This document shows, piece after piece, positions 11,901 through 20,892 of a DNA stretch of 64,000 bases; position 1 is the stretch's first letter, and each line of letters opens with the position of its first letter. The position numbers and the translations under genes are program-made. The notes below the pieces were generated by a model, which saw nothing but the letters and a program-made list of their open reading frames with translations, was not told the origin of the DNA and ran no database searches. Source of the stretch: Giardia intestinalis (Eukaryota); assembly GCA_000002435.2 (NCBI GenBank), contig CM018793.1; one strand, written 5' to 3'.

Positions 11901-14183
11901 CTTGAGCTCCTGAAGGGCCAAAGATATGCATCCAAGCATCCAGAACAATCAGTGCCGTTACCAGGTTCTCGCCGGTTGCGTTATATTCTTGATACGCAAT
12001 TCCCTGTAGAGCCAATCCTGCCGTCCAAAATGAAAAATAAAAAAGATAGCTATGGACGTGCCTCATCAGACGTATATACAGAGCCATACTTTAATTTCTA
12101 TAGTGTCCAGGCTGTACTGACATACAGCTGCGAAACCTTTGTTCGATATTTATTAATAATAATATACTATGTGCGATTGTGCAATCTGGAGACCTGCATT
12201 TCGAGATTTGTGGATTATCAACTTAGGCGAGTGCTCAAACAGGATGCGTATATACAAGAGCTTTCAGACCCATACAAAGGTGTGGTGAGAATCTATGAGC
12301 AAATGGAAACTCACATTTGCGCTGTCCGTAGCTTGCAAAAGGTCAAGGAATTCAGCTGTGTCTACGAAGATTGCCTTCGGCAATCTATATTTAAAGCCGC
12401 TTCGGGTGAAGTTTCAGTAACTCGACCGTTTCCCTTTCTAACATACTTTGGGCCTCGATCAGATCTTGCAGCCTTGTCCCGTATACTAGGGAAAACTCTA
12501 GGAATATCTGCAGATTTGCTACCAATGCAAAGTACCACCTTAGCCGTGATTTACAATGACAGTGACTTAAAGGCGGAAGCACTTGAGGCCATTCTAAGTA
12601 AGTATGCCATCGGCTGCATGCTTGATGATACAAAAATGCATATCCATGGAGTCTACGCTGCGATTCTGAATCGTTTCCAACTTACCAAGAGGACTCTTGC
12701 GAGCGAAAGTACTCAGTACTTCTCTGGGTTTATAACCAACTTAGTTGCGATACCTCTATCTATACTAATTCTACTCAGTAGATTGGAAGAGATTGAATCG
12801 CTAGACATATCGCATACCCAAAAGGCCGTTATTTGTCGCAAGTTACACATAGTATTGCTTGAGGCATACATTAGGGCGTTCATTACACACAAGAAACTAT
12901 CGCTGGCCATATTTTCTCCGTTGGTTCCCATGTATGTCCATACCTTTAGAATTCCAAGGTCATCAAGCTACCAGAGCTATGCATCAATGCTCCGTCAGAG
13001 GCAGCATGCTATTTATAAGATTCTTTATAACGCTTCTATGCACGAATTGCGGCTGCGCATGCACAACAACTATGTAATACAGCATCCTGATATAACAGGT
13101 GTCATTGGAATAGCTAAAGCAAATGCGCTCTCTCACTTCTTCTCTACTCACTTTCATCCTGCATATGTGGCTGGCTATGTGAAGTATACCGTTTGCCACA
13201 AGGTAATAATAGGTGAGGGGATTTATTCCGAGGCAGATATTGGCGCCAAGGATGAGTCATCTCAGTTAGATGCTTCAACTATCTCTATCCCCGGCAAGGC
13301 CTACTCTGAGCTACGTGATAACCAGTCTGAGTCTTCTCTCAATCTTTCGTGGTATACGTCACTCTGCAACGCCGTGATTAAGAATCCATTGGCAGAAGGA
13401 ATACAAAAAGCATACAAGAATAGATACTCGTATGACCTCTATGAAGACAACGTTTCTCTGTTAGAGCAAGTCAACCAATCCTCCTACAAAGGAAACTCGC
13501 AATTTCTAGCATTAGTCGCTACAAACAAATTTGACGAGCTGCGTCGAAACATTGAGGAACGGAGACTTAGCTTAGACAGAGGACGCCTTAGTGAAGAGCC
13601 GACAGGCCGGAGCATTGACCAATCAAGAGAGGACCTTCCCGCCCTTGGGAGGAGCATCTTTCGCAATCGGATATTAGACACGTTGAAAAGCAGCATTGTA
13701 GATCCGGCGCAGAAGAACTTCGGGGATAAGAGTATGATTGAAAGGTCATCGGCGGAGGAGCTATGCATTAGTGAATCCCTCGGGGATTCTGTTCAGGCTG
13801 GTGAGCGGATACTTGCGAATACTACTGTGCAACTCCTCAAAACACAGAAGCTGGCGCATAACATATCGAACTGGACTGAGATTGCAAAAGATGAGGAATC
13901 AAACCTGGAGCAATCCTGCATAGCAAACCCTCCAGACGCTACGACGCAAAATTCAAATAGAGCTAGCGTTGACTCTACATATGAATTGCGTAGGGCATTT
14001 ACTGATATCCGTGTACCTAGGTATCGTACATCCAGTGTACTGGTGCATACTAACACAAAGCGTCTTGGAATCTTACTCAACAAACCATTGCCGTCTATTC
14101 CTGCCGGTTCCACTCATAGATCTTCTTTCATAGAGGAAGAAGAGTTATTCGCAAAGGGTAGGAGGAGCGCTTCAAATGCTTAG
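5901..14183 (+). CDS. Giant hypothetical protein (2,760 aa), no recognisable domain
   Basis: Uninterrupted 8.3 kb ORF starting at a true ATG (MSFQLHVSPG...). Only short out-of-frame ORFs lie on either strand within it. Confidence 0.7.
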   Translation: MSFQLHVSPGPSQQLLHQGIVVKYSGSTSVAAQKSPVLSDNLNACTASALSKQIAKVGTLSSHKVIDISLCDDAAYVLLSTGQRLKLAVTPPEDQAATSLFTSAPVEDFVAWPALSFPGPEYLACQTRVVVVYNFLFRPSNVSTNVLAEQPDNAAGEGSQKHLFSYVALIFSNPQFLPMNRLLLDGNFLITNCAFDESTVIVSLLSGHILFIDRTQQLQKHNVIDSSNYSYYGLISYASLASQLMSDFQSAFSGNFSFREAIRLLSISPSKHVPFIAFRGCDFILAMPLGCIFIFTRHRLHDGGSSRLVLSHATVTLPFVRHDLPNKSFKITHYAASRVSFFLPVSDTILIVGYDNSVIQYYCWDVDGMAHPLDGVDLSAGRITHIHAGLMLLSDSRDSASSSSTSGLTHPTQPSNMVPVKVLIVATIGSSLFFVVQCFPKMALITTISAPERFIDSGKICSPTNQQFSPILIYTAIDGSLRYTHFPNGYLFRSGLYESGETAQHHERPDKTVQKITSLLKNVTCQYESDESASELNVLNDRSKAAIPAFLLSSSEHEASSHSTEEHNRPKRSILDIGNIKTEPTGSSHRRKRPRKLTSIGARSSLWTPSVHNKVLALGEPAEPELLQSIESLSISPFDNKSTSPHVAPTFQLACRPFEQVSVQLGTEPLLVELQGLYSLLGTIHRRKLETGERVSYDDSSLTRLSIIRNTHDLIKRTALMTQRVTISEYQKSISPSINIHKLLMSPENLTRATELLARNDQIFRSSRNRILPHVRNAYLHLKYADRVTGKAKKRPSSPFRLARPLANQFAPLTKTGSLTSTIFSGPRRSLSLKPYGSHRGVHGHLSAERVLKHKGSHAFRYLPILARDLMLDNVYPVLMEPEYISRSAWSPSLKPREGPHHLTSIIMRSRSRQTELITHRHTDNFIGVLRSKVLEKPVEGTLNRVKHKEKERARPKIVVNRYEHIKVIDKELLKDLRRFKALRLGRDLGGRILRDKAVLSALLTGKNASENLKGLIDLTNHDSMFLDDILSMGKNIISILDPENDCILESIPASRMASSRKGLRPGNLTDHESSTQMDAVEIARLITPKDTSLRTLQHSRPPTAEQKDLFGFDLMNQLLRNFDYRLNRRRVRSGINGIITVSDEYTKTVLLRRSASLPTIETLNRNRIDLATKLDSILGHEMGISRWDEDANRSYRARILSIDRLSDPESSIWDTEETFSSSYSSVPSDLEDSGVCIPMPATSLVPFAARNCFSADAPRRVKLSLDKDPLPRRSYSARRAAEATLINLQPLDTDLYATRIATCGTIDLGIDLDNDRAVTPTGRVHPDNVDSSGSEGPSDSDVPRLNSGTRSPSPTTSLSDTISNEPTEYAPSIFGIRGEFDPNQYVVSSSYLPDLLLRAALQDLKKQMATTSNTKRPLPLLRDDCSQIFKALRKPSIISNIKVQKKQSQYGYNPLSRYCMQNHMFCPREHFELRTLATRDVALDVKRRAYSFDKLEPLILAKEKYGQKPIQSQRAHNHLLNADLNDNTCLSNCPDWSLRDDYDYLSFKPIKSRRWERRGYADHTGASLITNQQRTPPIVQQSTTVAPYTFVGDEDHRAAVRLKAFTTHAETLALNRIKRRQASTLPLITKMRAFKKLFTRELYEDWARLYRHNVIRRDTLYDDQFEVTVMKPTFPLYYHVMTNKTEMDGMINNIINDEADGLESVVHANLVVTKAQFPFSGPQNQSIDSLFDDMQLALGSWPEQQSEESMIPHHYALPPKPPYYNPRIPVVDSFDGFYDPASIVPLEPLLPEGEDGIQLQIGVFTPYAFCLKNPEFVDNEKLTTVLNPVAYMSCNDVILSSSHCEKPHSFLAKHLKEAGYPLADGTDNEPLDLEQLDSRQGCLASFDVRVNEFITSFFSLSEARSEDLPKYHKGIYAHSVHSLPSHTEGFLPRVRLSMLTVGQAAKTVFIRYFQSFTPVQRKIMAQTASRGITIDYNRLNYVPYSFLQLLLLYSTALAILELLKGQRYASKHPEQSVPLPGSRRLRYILDTQFPVEPILPSKMKNKKDSYGRASSDVYTEPYFNFYSVQAVLTYSCETFVRYLLIIIYYVRLCNLETCISRFVDYQLRRVLKQDAYIQELSDPYKGVVRIYEQMETHICAVRSLQKVKEFSCVYEDCLRQSIFKAASGEVSVTRPFPFLTYFGPRSDLAALSRILGKTLGISADLLPMQSTTLAVIYNDSDLKAEALEAILSKYAIGCMLDDTKMHIHGVYAAILNRFQLTKRTLASESTQYFSGFITNLVAIPLSILILLSRLEEIESLDISHTQKAVICRKLHIVLLEAYIRAFITHKKLSLAIFSPLVPMYVHTFRIPRSSSYQSYASMLRQRQHAIYKILYNASMHELRLRMHNNYVIQHPDITGVIGIAKANALSHFFSTHFHPAYVAGYVKYTVCHKVIIGEGIYSEADIGAKDESSQLDASTISIPGKAYSELRDNQSESSLNLSWYTSLCNAVIKNPLAEGIQKAYKNRYSYDLYEDNVSLLEQVNQSSYKGNSQFLALVATNKFDELRRNIEERRLSLDRGRLSEEPTGRSIDQSREDLPALGRSIFRNRILDTLKSSIVDPAQKNFGDKSMIERSSAEELCISESLGDSVQAGERILANTTVQLLKTQKLAHNISNWTEIAKDEESNLEQSCIANPPDATTQNSNRASVDSTYELRRAFTDIRVPRYRTSSVLVHTNTKRLGILLNKPLPSIPAGSTHRSSFIEEEELFAKGRRSASNA

Positions 14184-14333
14184 GGCACGTCTCTACTTCA
14201 ACCTCTTGGTCTATTCTGGATTGTTGGTAAAGCATACTGCGCCGTTAACTGTTAGCAACGTCTGTTGATATTATGCTAAAGTGTGGCAAACTACGAATAC
14301 ACAGCATCGGGTGAAGCGGATTGAAGGCTTGTC

Positions 14334-16094
14334 CTAAGTTAGTGAGGGAGACCCCAAGCATTCAGATAGCAAGCTGGGTGCCTCTTTTGTCCTTTCCTTT
14401 GACACCTTAATTACCCTATGCTCAGGGCTGCAATTATTGTGAATAAGCTCTTCGCACAGGTGGCAAAGTAGTGAGCCTCCTGCGCAAGTTAAGCAAATCC
14501 TATTACCATAGGCCAGCAAGCAAAACATGCATCTCTTTCTGACTTTTTTTGGTATAGCAATCTTTTGAGGAGCCGTCGGAGCATGTTTATCGCAAAAACA
14601 AGTTACTTTTGTTGCGGTAAGCAGCATCCATCGGATAGGATTATTACACTCCTCATCCTCCTCGTTACATTTGGATGGAGCAGCATGAATTATAACTGGT
14701 CCCTTTAATATATCATTTGGTGTCAATCCAGAAAGTAACCTTGGATTGTGATAAATAGATTTCATCCGAGGCTGATTTCCTCCACGAGAGAGGTACTCGA
14801 GGAGGAGGATTCTCTGACGGGCCTCATTGTTGCGAGGCAAGAGAATTGTTTGGACTAGCTCTATCATTGTCTTTTCCGAGCAGGACCAGAATTTAGGGGT
14901 GATGCGCACATATGGTCGCCAGGTTGCAGATTGGGTAAGTGGGGACAGGTCGAGCTGGGGGTTGTACCGCAGGAGCCAGAGATTTAGAGGTTTGCTTATA
15001 TCTAGAAGTGGAAAGCTATCCCAACACCTTGAGAGATATACCTTTTTGGGACGAAGTGCTCCATGGGTGGAACATGCACGCTCTAGTATCCAGATTACTG
15101 TGATGCCGAGTAAACACAGGCCAATAAGCTCCAGGATGAGGATAACCGCATTGGGCATGTCTGGCACAGCGGCTGCGTTTTGCAGCGTCTGCTCTACACA
15201 GTCTTCAAGTGACTTGTTCAAAGAATAGATTGTGTAGCTTACTAAAGAGGGCAGCAGCTTGTCTTGTTCAGTTGCTGCCATATAGAGGGTTGAAGGAGGT
15301 AGAACAGAGGGCACGCTACTGGCATTGTATACACGCCATACACCGCTTCTAAAGCGTGCACAAAGAAACTGTGAGACCTCCATAGATTGCTCGATTGTGC
15401 TGGGTACAGTTTCCACAGTACCGGGTAACTCGCATACATCAAATATGTTTGGTGCTGCACCCTCTACGATAGCATATAGTACTCGGACAGTAACAGAATC
15501 ACTGAGCTGTGTGTTTGCAGAAAGGGATGCTAAAAGGGGCACGGGGCGGTATAGGAGGCGAGCCTGTGTAGGAGAGACAATCCCAGCCGCGAGGAGACGG
15601 CTTCTATCTTCCAGGAGATCAACATTGACTATACTATCGAGGGTGCCCCTTATCCAGTCTTTCTCTGTCCAAAGTGAGATCGTAGGAATAGCAAGCACGG
15701 CACGTCTGCACACGTTTATTCGTTGAGGAATGGAGACACGTCCATCAGCATCTGCCCAAATGTAGAGGGGGCCATCCCTAAGCAGATTGTCAGAGACACG
15801 AAGGATAGTGGGAACATCGGGGGTCACTTCAAATGACTCCAGCCCAAAGGCACCCTCATCAGCAGGATCTGCTGTGCTGACATAGATTGTTGTACTGCAG
15901 CCGGAGACTTGTAAGACAGGACTGTCTGTGGCATAACATGGTCTCGAGTAGGAAAACGAAAGAAACGATCCAGAAATACTGGCTTCCGTACCCTTCTCGC
16001 GCATCGGCAAAAGTACTATTCTTGGCATGCAGTCTATGGACTCGTGAACAACTTCTAAGCAGATGGCCCATACAGTGAGAAATAGGAGGAGCAT
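14334..16094 (-). CDS. Type-I-like membrane protein with N-terminal signal peptide, one internal TM helix and a Cys-rich, zinc-finger-like C-terminal tail
   Basis: The track start at 16121 is TTG; the first ATG gives MLLLFLTVWAICLEVVHES (signal-peptide-like). There is a hydrophobic stretch AVILILELIGLCLLGITVIWIL. The C-terminus reads CMFCLLAYGNRICLTCAGGSLLCHLCEE...C..EH (paired CxxC). Confidence 0.55.
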   Translation of the reverse strand: MLLLFLTVWAICLEVVHESIDCMPRIVLLPMREKGTEASISGSFLSFSYSRPCYATDSPVLQVSGCSTTIYVSTADPADEGAFGLESFEVTPDVPTILRVSDNLLRDGPLYIWADADGRVSIPQRINVCRRAVLAIPTISLWTEKDWIRGTLDSIVNVDLLEDRSRLLAAGIVSPTQARLLYRPVPLLASLSANTQLSDSVTVRVLYAIVEGAAPNIFDVCELPGTVETVPSTIEQSMEVSQFLCARFRSGVWRVYNASSVPSVLPPSTLYMAATEQDKLLPSLVSYTIYSLNKSLEDCVEQTLQNAAAVPDMPNAVILILELIGLCLLGITVIWILERACSTHGALRPKKVYLSRCWDSFPLLDISKPLNLWLLRYNPQLDLSPLTQSATWRPYVRITPKFWSCSEKTMIELVQTILLPRNNEARQRILLLEYLSRGGNQPRMKSIYHNPRLLSGLTPNDILKGPVIIHAAPSKCNEEDEECNNPIRWMLLTATKVTCFCDKHAPTAPQKIAIPKKVRKRCMFCLLAYGNRICLTCAGGSLLCHLCEELIHNNCSPEHRVIKVSKERTKEAPSLLSECLGSPSLT

Positions 16095-16579
16095 AGCTTT
16101 TGTAACCAAGTACGTTTCCAATTAGTCGATCGGAAACGACGCACTCTTTGGAAACACACTAGATCGTCACCCTTTGGGAGCTCTGTTACAATGAGCCTTG
16201 TGCAACATGAGATTGGTCTTTTGCACTAGCTTGTGTCTACCGAAATGGCTTCACAGCTCTTTATCTATGACCTTGGTGATAATTGCTGAGTATTATTAGG
16301 CAATTACACACCTAAATCTCAGAGAAAACTAAGTACATGCGTTTACTTAGCCATTACACAGGATAGGGGGATTTCGTCGATGTTGATCAGTAACAATTTT
16401 CTTAGGTATGACTGGGGTAGACAAACTGTAGGGCGAATTATAGGGCCCCATACCGAACACTGCTGAACCACTGGCTAAAGAGTAACATTTGCTTCTGATA
16501 TTTCTAATTCAATTACATACCGGCTCCATTCTTGACGTCACAGCTCTACGCAAGGGCTGTCCCCTGTTCTCACAGCGCT

Positions 16580-19500
16580 ATGAAGGACACATCTACCGAA
16601 TCTATGCAGCAGTGTAGCACTGCAATAACAGCTATATCTCTCATTCTAAAGAGGGCCATAACTGCCTCCGAAAGCGTGCATCGAGAACTGAACGATGATG
16701 TTACAGTCGTTCATCATAATACGGTCCAGGCTGCCATGAATACTGACAATTATTCTCTAAATATGGACTACGAGCAAGAACTTCTTCAACTTAGAGAGGA
16801 GCTACACGCTGAGCTTAAGAAACTGTTGTCGACACTAGTTGGTGAATACCTACGGCATAAAGATTTAATAGAGTCGTTATCTAGAAGATTAGAGAGCCTG
16901 TGCTCTATAGAGGCCAAACAGGTATCCGGTGCACCTTCAAATCAACCAAGCAGTGATCTTCCATCTTCATTTCCTAATATCCATCGGCCTGAAGATAACG
17001 TCATAGCCACTGCAGCCGATGCCATTATAGAAGATCTAATTTTGCAGCATGCTCCCAACTTGTGCCTTGATTTGACGGAGATTCAGTTATGGGGTAAAAG
17101 AGCTAGTCTTCCTGTATTAATTGGCATCGTTAACCGGCTTATTTTGCAGTATACTACCACAGAGCTTACACTTTCTGAAATAACGCAAATACTTAATTCT
17201 ACAATTACTAGCATAAATGATTTAAAGCTTTCCTTTGAGCTATTAACCTCCCATCTAACTAGAGACGCCTTCAGACTAGTAGATATTAGCCATACTAATC
17301 CACCAAGAGGAAAAGGTGCAAGTATCATTGAACCTCTTTGTCTAGCATTATTATATTGGCTAACCGAATTGATACTTAAGGCTAAAGAAAAAGATTCTCA
17401 AATTGAAGCCATATTTTGTGCAGATAGAATGTCTGATGACGCGACACTTAAAGACTTGATGATGCAGTTGCAAGTCATTCGAGCAGACAACACTAGCACT
17501 CTGCTATCTGAGTCTGCCCTTTGGGAAGTAGAAGATAACCTGGAATGCCGCAAAGCTGAGCTACTGGTGGAGTCATGTAAAGAGGCGTCGGTGCTACTCA
17601 TTGAGAAGGACCGATATGTTCAAGAGATCAATAAGCTATTGACGATTCTGCTGAGTATTTTACATAAGAACAGCAGCCTTCCTTGTCCTTCTTTCAACGG
17701 GTCTCTTCTTTCAGATTTAGTTTCATCCAAGCTAGCTCTGCAACGGGTTGAGTTGGAGAAACAGCTGCTGGCCTGTTCTACGTCCTCAGTATTGCTGAAA
17801 AAGCTTATAATCTTACATGTAATGCGCCACTATGGCTATTCATCATCCCTGGATGTATGGTCTGTTCCATTAGGACCCCACGACAGTCTGTTGGTGGAGC
17901 AAGAGTATCTCTCTGCACAGGAATATTCAGCTCTTGCAAACTTACATAGTAATCATAGCGACTACGAGAACAAAGCGCTCTTGATGAAATTGATAGCGGA
18001 ACTCACTGAAGATCTGGATGCAGCCAAGCAGCTGCTAGATGGGCTTTCACTTAATATGTGCATTCCTGAGATAATTTTAGATAATACTGAGCAGTCTACC
18101 GATCCTTTATATTCATTGTCAGACTTAGATTGCTTTTCCAGTTTAGACGTAATTAGGAAACCTCTTATGATTCTATCCTACGAAGAATCTATTCCACAGA
18201 TAGCTGGACTTAAATGTAGATCTGGAAGTCATAAGGACTCTAGCAACCAGATTACTACTCTGACAGAGGATCTTCAAGCCATGATTTTGGATCATACATC
18301 TGATCAAGAGGTTTCTTTCTTATCTGCAACACAGTACACTGCCAGGACAACAATGAAAGAGCTTAGTGAGCTCATCCAAAGTAGGCTCCAGCTGTTCAAG
18401 ACTATCTGGGAAGATCTTTTAGAGATTGCTGGAAAGCGAAAAGAGATAATGAAGAATATCAAAGGTTTCTTATCTGGCTGCATCGACGAAGTGTCTAGTA
18501 CAGTAGCAGATTCTTCTCAAAAGCTGTCGCTGATTGTCAAGGATGCGCTTTTGCACGCTTTGAAACTTCTTTCCGCATCACCTTCAGCAAATATGGATCT
18601 GCTGAAAATCATATTGAACAAACTAAAGCATCAATTAGAAGAATTTGAGGTCAAGTGCATGCACAGTTCATGCGAGCTCCGATTCGATCTCTTAGGGGAG
18701 ACCCTGTCAATAGAGTCGGTTCTGGATGAATTCATTGAAAAAGCTCAACTCCAATATGACATGGTGATATCAAGAGCATATTTGACCGTCACCTGGACAA
18801 AGCTGATTTGTCTTAAAGAGTGTTGGTATCCTAGGCCCATGGCCGAACCCTTATTAATGGGACACAAGGCTCATTGCTCATCTATACACTCGGCCATAGA
18901 ACACTTCGTTACACCTATAGCCGTTCGCCAGGCACTATTGGATACGTTGGATGCACTAGCTTTGCAACCAAATACAGACACGTCTTTAGCTGAAGACGAT
19001 TTGCATGTTTCAGGCTTGGTGATCAGTCGCCCAACACCTCATCTTACCGCCAGTATCAAGGATAGTAAGAAGACTGCATCTAGCGTTTGCAGCGTCTCGT
19101 CAACTATTTCCGCTGCATCTTCGTTAGCATGCAAAGTAGCGGCCGACGTGCTCGCGCCAGATGCATCTGAAAAGGGGTATATTAGTGCCCTTCAAATGTC
19201 GCAATATGCCAAGGTTTCTAACTATGCTTATTCTGCGGCTCATTCTACTTTTGCTACTGATTCGGTAACCAGAACAAAACAGAGCACTGGATCATTGATG
19301 GCCAGTCAAGCTGTTTACAAGTTAGGAACTGGCGTCAAGGCAAGGCAACATGACACTTTATTCAACGGATATTCAGAAGATGTGGACACCCCCATGGAGC
19401 ATGGAACCATACACTACTTTGATGAAAATTATGACAAGCTCTATGTGGTTAAAGCTCTGGGAAGTTTGCGGAGACCGGAGGTGCGGATGTTGGAATACCT

Positions 19501-19864
19501 GTTTGGGTACATGAAGCGTCCCCACCATGTTCTTTACTGGACGGCAAAGGCGTTGCATCTCTGTGATTGCGCGGTTTATCTTTCCGCCAACCTACAAGCT
19601 ATCGTCATAACGCACTGTGAAAAAACCATCTGTTCAATCTCATCGCGATCCCTCGTGGCTGTGACAGAAAATCCTCTCAAAATGCATCCTATAGATAAAG
19701 CAACTCGTTCTCTTCCTCTTGTTTTATCAACCAGCAATAAGGGAGATTTAATGCTACTTTTCACTGAAGAGAGAGGAGCAGTGGTTTTTAAGGTTGGTTT
19801 GCAAACACTTGTCCGACACCGTAATAACCTCTCTAGACTGGCAATTGTAAGTCAGTGCGAATAG
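16580..19864 (+). CDS. Hypothetical protein (~1,094 aa from first ATG)
   Basis: The track ORF 16532..19864 begins with TTG; the first in-frame ATG is at 16580 (MKDTSTESMQQ...). Long uninterrupted ORF with no recognisable domain. Confidence 0.6.
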   Translation: MKDTSTESMQQCSTAITAISLILKRAITASESVHRELNDDVTVVHHNTVQAAMNTDNYSLNMDYEQELLQLREELHAELKKLLSTLVGEYLRHKDLIESLSRRLESLCSIEAKQVSGAPSNQPSSDLPSSFPNIHRPEDNVIATAADAIIEDLILQHAPNLCLDLTEIQLWGKRASLPVLIGIVNRLILQYTTTELTLSEITQILNSTITSINDLKLSFELLTSHLTRDAFRLVDISHTNPPRGKGASIIEPLCLALLYWLTELILKAKEKDSQIEAIFCADRMSDDATLKDLMMQLQVIRADNTSTLLSESALWEVEDNLECRKAELLVESCKEASVLLIEKDRYVQEINKLLTILLSILHKNSSLPCPSFNGSLLSDLVSSKLALQRVELEKQLLACSTSSVLLKKLIILHVMRHYGYSSSLDVWSVPLGPHDSLLVEQEYLSAQEYSALANLHSNHSDYENKALLMKLIAELTEDLDAAKQLLDGLSLNMCIPEIILDNTEQSTDPLYSLSDLDCFSSLDVIRKPLMILSYEESIPQIAGLKCRSGSHKDSSNQITTLTEDLQAMILDHTSDQEVSFLSATQYTARTTMKELSELIQSRLQLFKTIWEDLLEIAGKRKEIMKNIKGFLSGCIDEVSSTVADSSQKLSLIVKDALLHALKLLSASPSANMDLLKIILNKLKHQLEEFEVKCMHSSCELRFDLLGETLSIESVLDEFIEKAQLQYDMVISRAYLTVTWTKLICLKECWYPRPMAEPLLMGHKAHCSSIHSAIEHFVTPIAVRQALLDTLDALALQPNTDTSLAEDDLHVSGLVISRPTPHLTASIKDSKKTASSVCSVSSTISAASSLACKVAADVLAPDASEKGYISALQMSQYAKVSNYAYSAAHSTFATDSVTRTKQSTGSLMASQAVYKLGTGVKARQHDTLFNGYSEDVDTPMEHGTIHYFDENYDKLYVVKALGSLRRPEVRMLEYLFGYMKRPHHVLYWTAKALHLCDCAVYLSANLQAIVITHCEKTICSISSRSLVAVTENPLKMHPIDKATRSLPLVLSTSNKGDLMLLFTEERGAVVFKVGLQTLVRHRNNLSRLAIVSQCE

Positions 19865-20877
19865 AACAAATAGAGTTTTTACTGCTCACTTTATCTTACT
19901 TCGTTAATGATATTTACATGAAAAAGATCTATGGAAGTTTTGGATTGTATATATCATAGAATAGATTTATGGTTTGCTTGTGCTTATAACAGAGTGTATT
20001 TATCATGTAAAATACCTTCTATGCTTACAACCTTCTTGATTCTTCGTGAGTATTGCATTTAGGACTTTGTCTTCAAAACCTCCAATCGCCCTATATAGTG
20101 AATTGTGTGGTGAAGGCATCAAGCTGTGGTTTTTTCTGCTAACCGATCTGAATCCACCCTCTAGTTGATATAACGTTCTTCTGATGCATGTGCAATAGGC
20201 TTATCCAATGAAGGGGCGGCTTCCAAGCTCACTGGCGGGATATACCTACGCTAGTACACATTGTAGGCTACGCCAATGGAGCAGAGCTACGACTCCGTCT
20301 GAACGGCCGCACATCCCGCTGTGCACCCCTGGATTAGCACTCGTAGCTACACATACTGAACAGAACATCCCCGCCAGCTCGCCTGTTCTGCTGATACTGT
20401 CAGGATCACCGATTCCTCCAACGTCCCAGTAAGCCGGCCATCCGATACCGGCCAGGAAGCACAGATACATAGGACATCGGAGGATGCTCGAAATCTCCCG
20501 CTCTGGAATGGCTGTCGTCCTCCCCCTCTGGGTCTCTATTATAGTTGTACTAGTAGCCCACTGGCGTCCAACTCAATAATCACACACTCATCAAGCTAGT
20601 AACATCCAGAACAAGCCCTCTATAGACTCCTGCTAGTGTAACTGCCACGTGGTTGGAAGCGCACTACTAGAGGCTAGCCATTTACTATAGGGCTACTTTG
20701 TAAGGATGGCCACTATCTCCTTGAGAGCTGGAACAGGTGGAAGGCATCTTTAGAGGGCCTGCTTCTCTTAGGGACGGTGGTCCCGTGCACCGACTCACCT
20801 TGCGGTCAGAGAGACCATACTGGGACAGTTTGCCTGTGTGGCTCTAGGTCAGACCCACAAACAGAATTCGTCGACGC

Positions 20878-20884
20878 ATTTACT
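20878..20884 (-). promoter_or_regulatory. Giardia polyadenylation signal AGTAAAT, 9 nt downstream of the VSP stop
   Basis: Minus-strand reading gives ...TGC AGA GGC AAG GCG TAG atAGTAAATgcg. This matches the AGTRAAY consensus described for Giardia 3' ends and its typical position just after VSP stops. Confidence 0.7.
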
Positions 20885-20892
20885 ATCTAAGT

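Noticed and set aside
16390-16500. Patches resembling the 5' part of 5S rRNA (…gggccccataccgaacactgctgaaccactggctaaagag…; compare GGCCATACC…CTGAAC…GCTAAGC) in the 485-bp spacer upstream of the 16580 gene
   Set aside because: Only short scattered matches are present (CCATACC, CTGAAC). The remainder of a ~120-nt 5S molecule (helix IV/V, the GGGAGACC region) is not present. Most likely this is coincidence within a promoter region. A covariance-model scan (Rfam 5S_rRNA) would settle it.
16532-16579. ORF-track start positions for 9 of the listed ORFs (16532, 16121, 23247, 26662, 28124, 36485, 43491, 49084, 57333, 57753)
   Set aside because: On inspection these codons are TTG or GTG, which are prokaryotic alternative starts accepted by the ORF finder. 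For a eukaryotic Giardia genome the first in-frame ATG was used instead. The ATG-based starts also give sensible signal peptides (VSP, HCMP, membrane protein) and conserved N-termini (STT3, eIF4E).
20676-20692. Second TAGTAAATG copy downstream of the VSP that might mark a decayed VSP 3' end
   Set aside because: The frame immediately upstream does not encode CRGKA or a hydrophobic TM segment (…GHPYKVAL* / …WPSLQSSPI). It is probably a chance AGTAAAT occurrence, and it is mentioned only within the 3'-flank finding.
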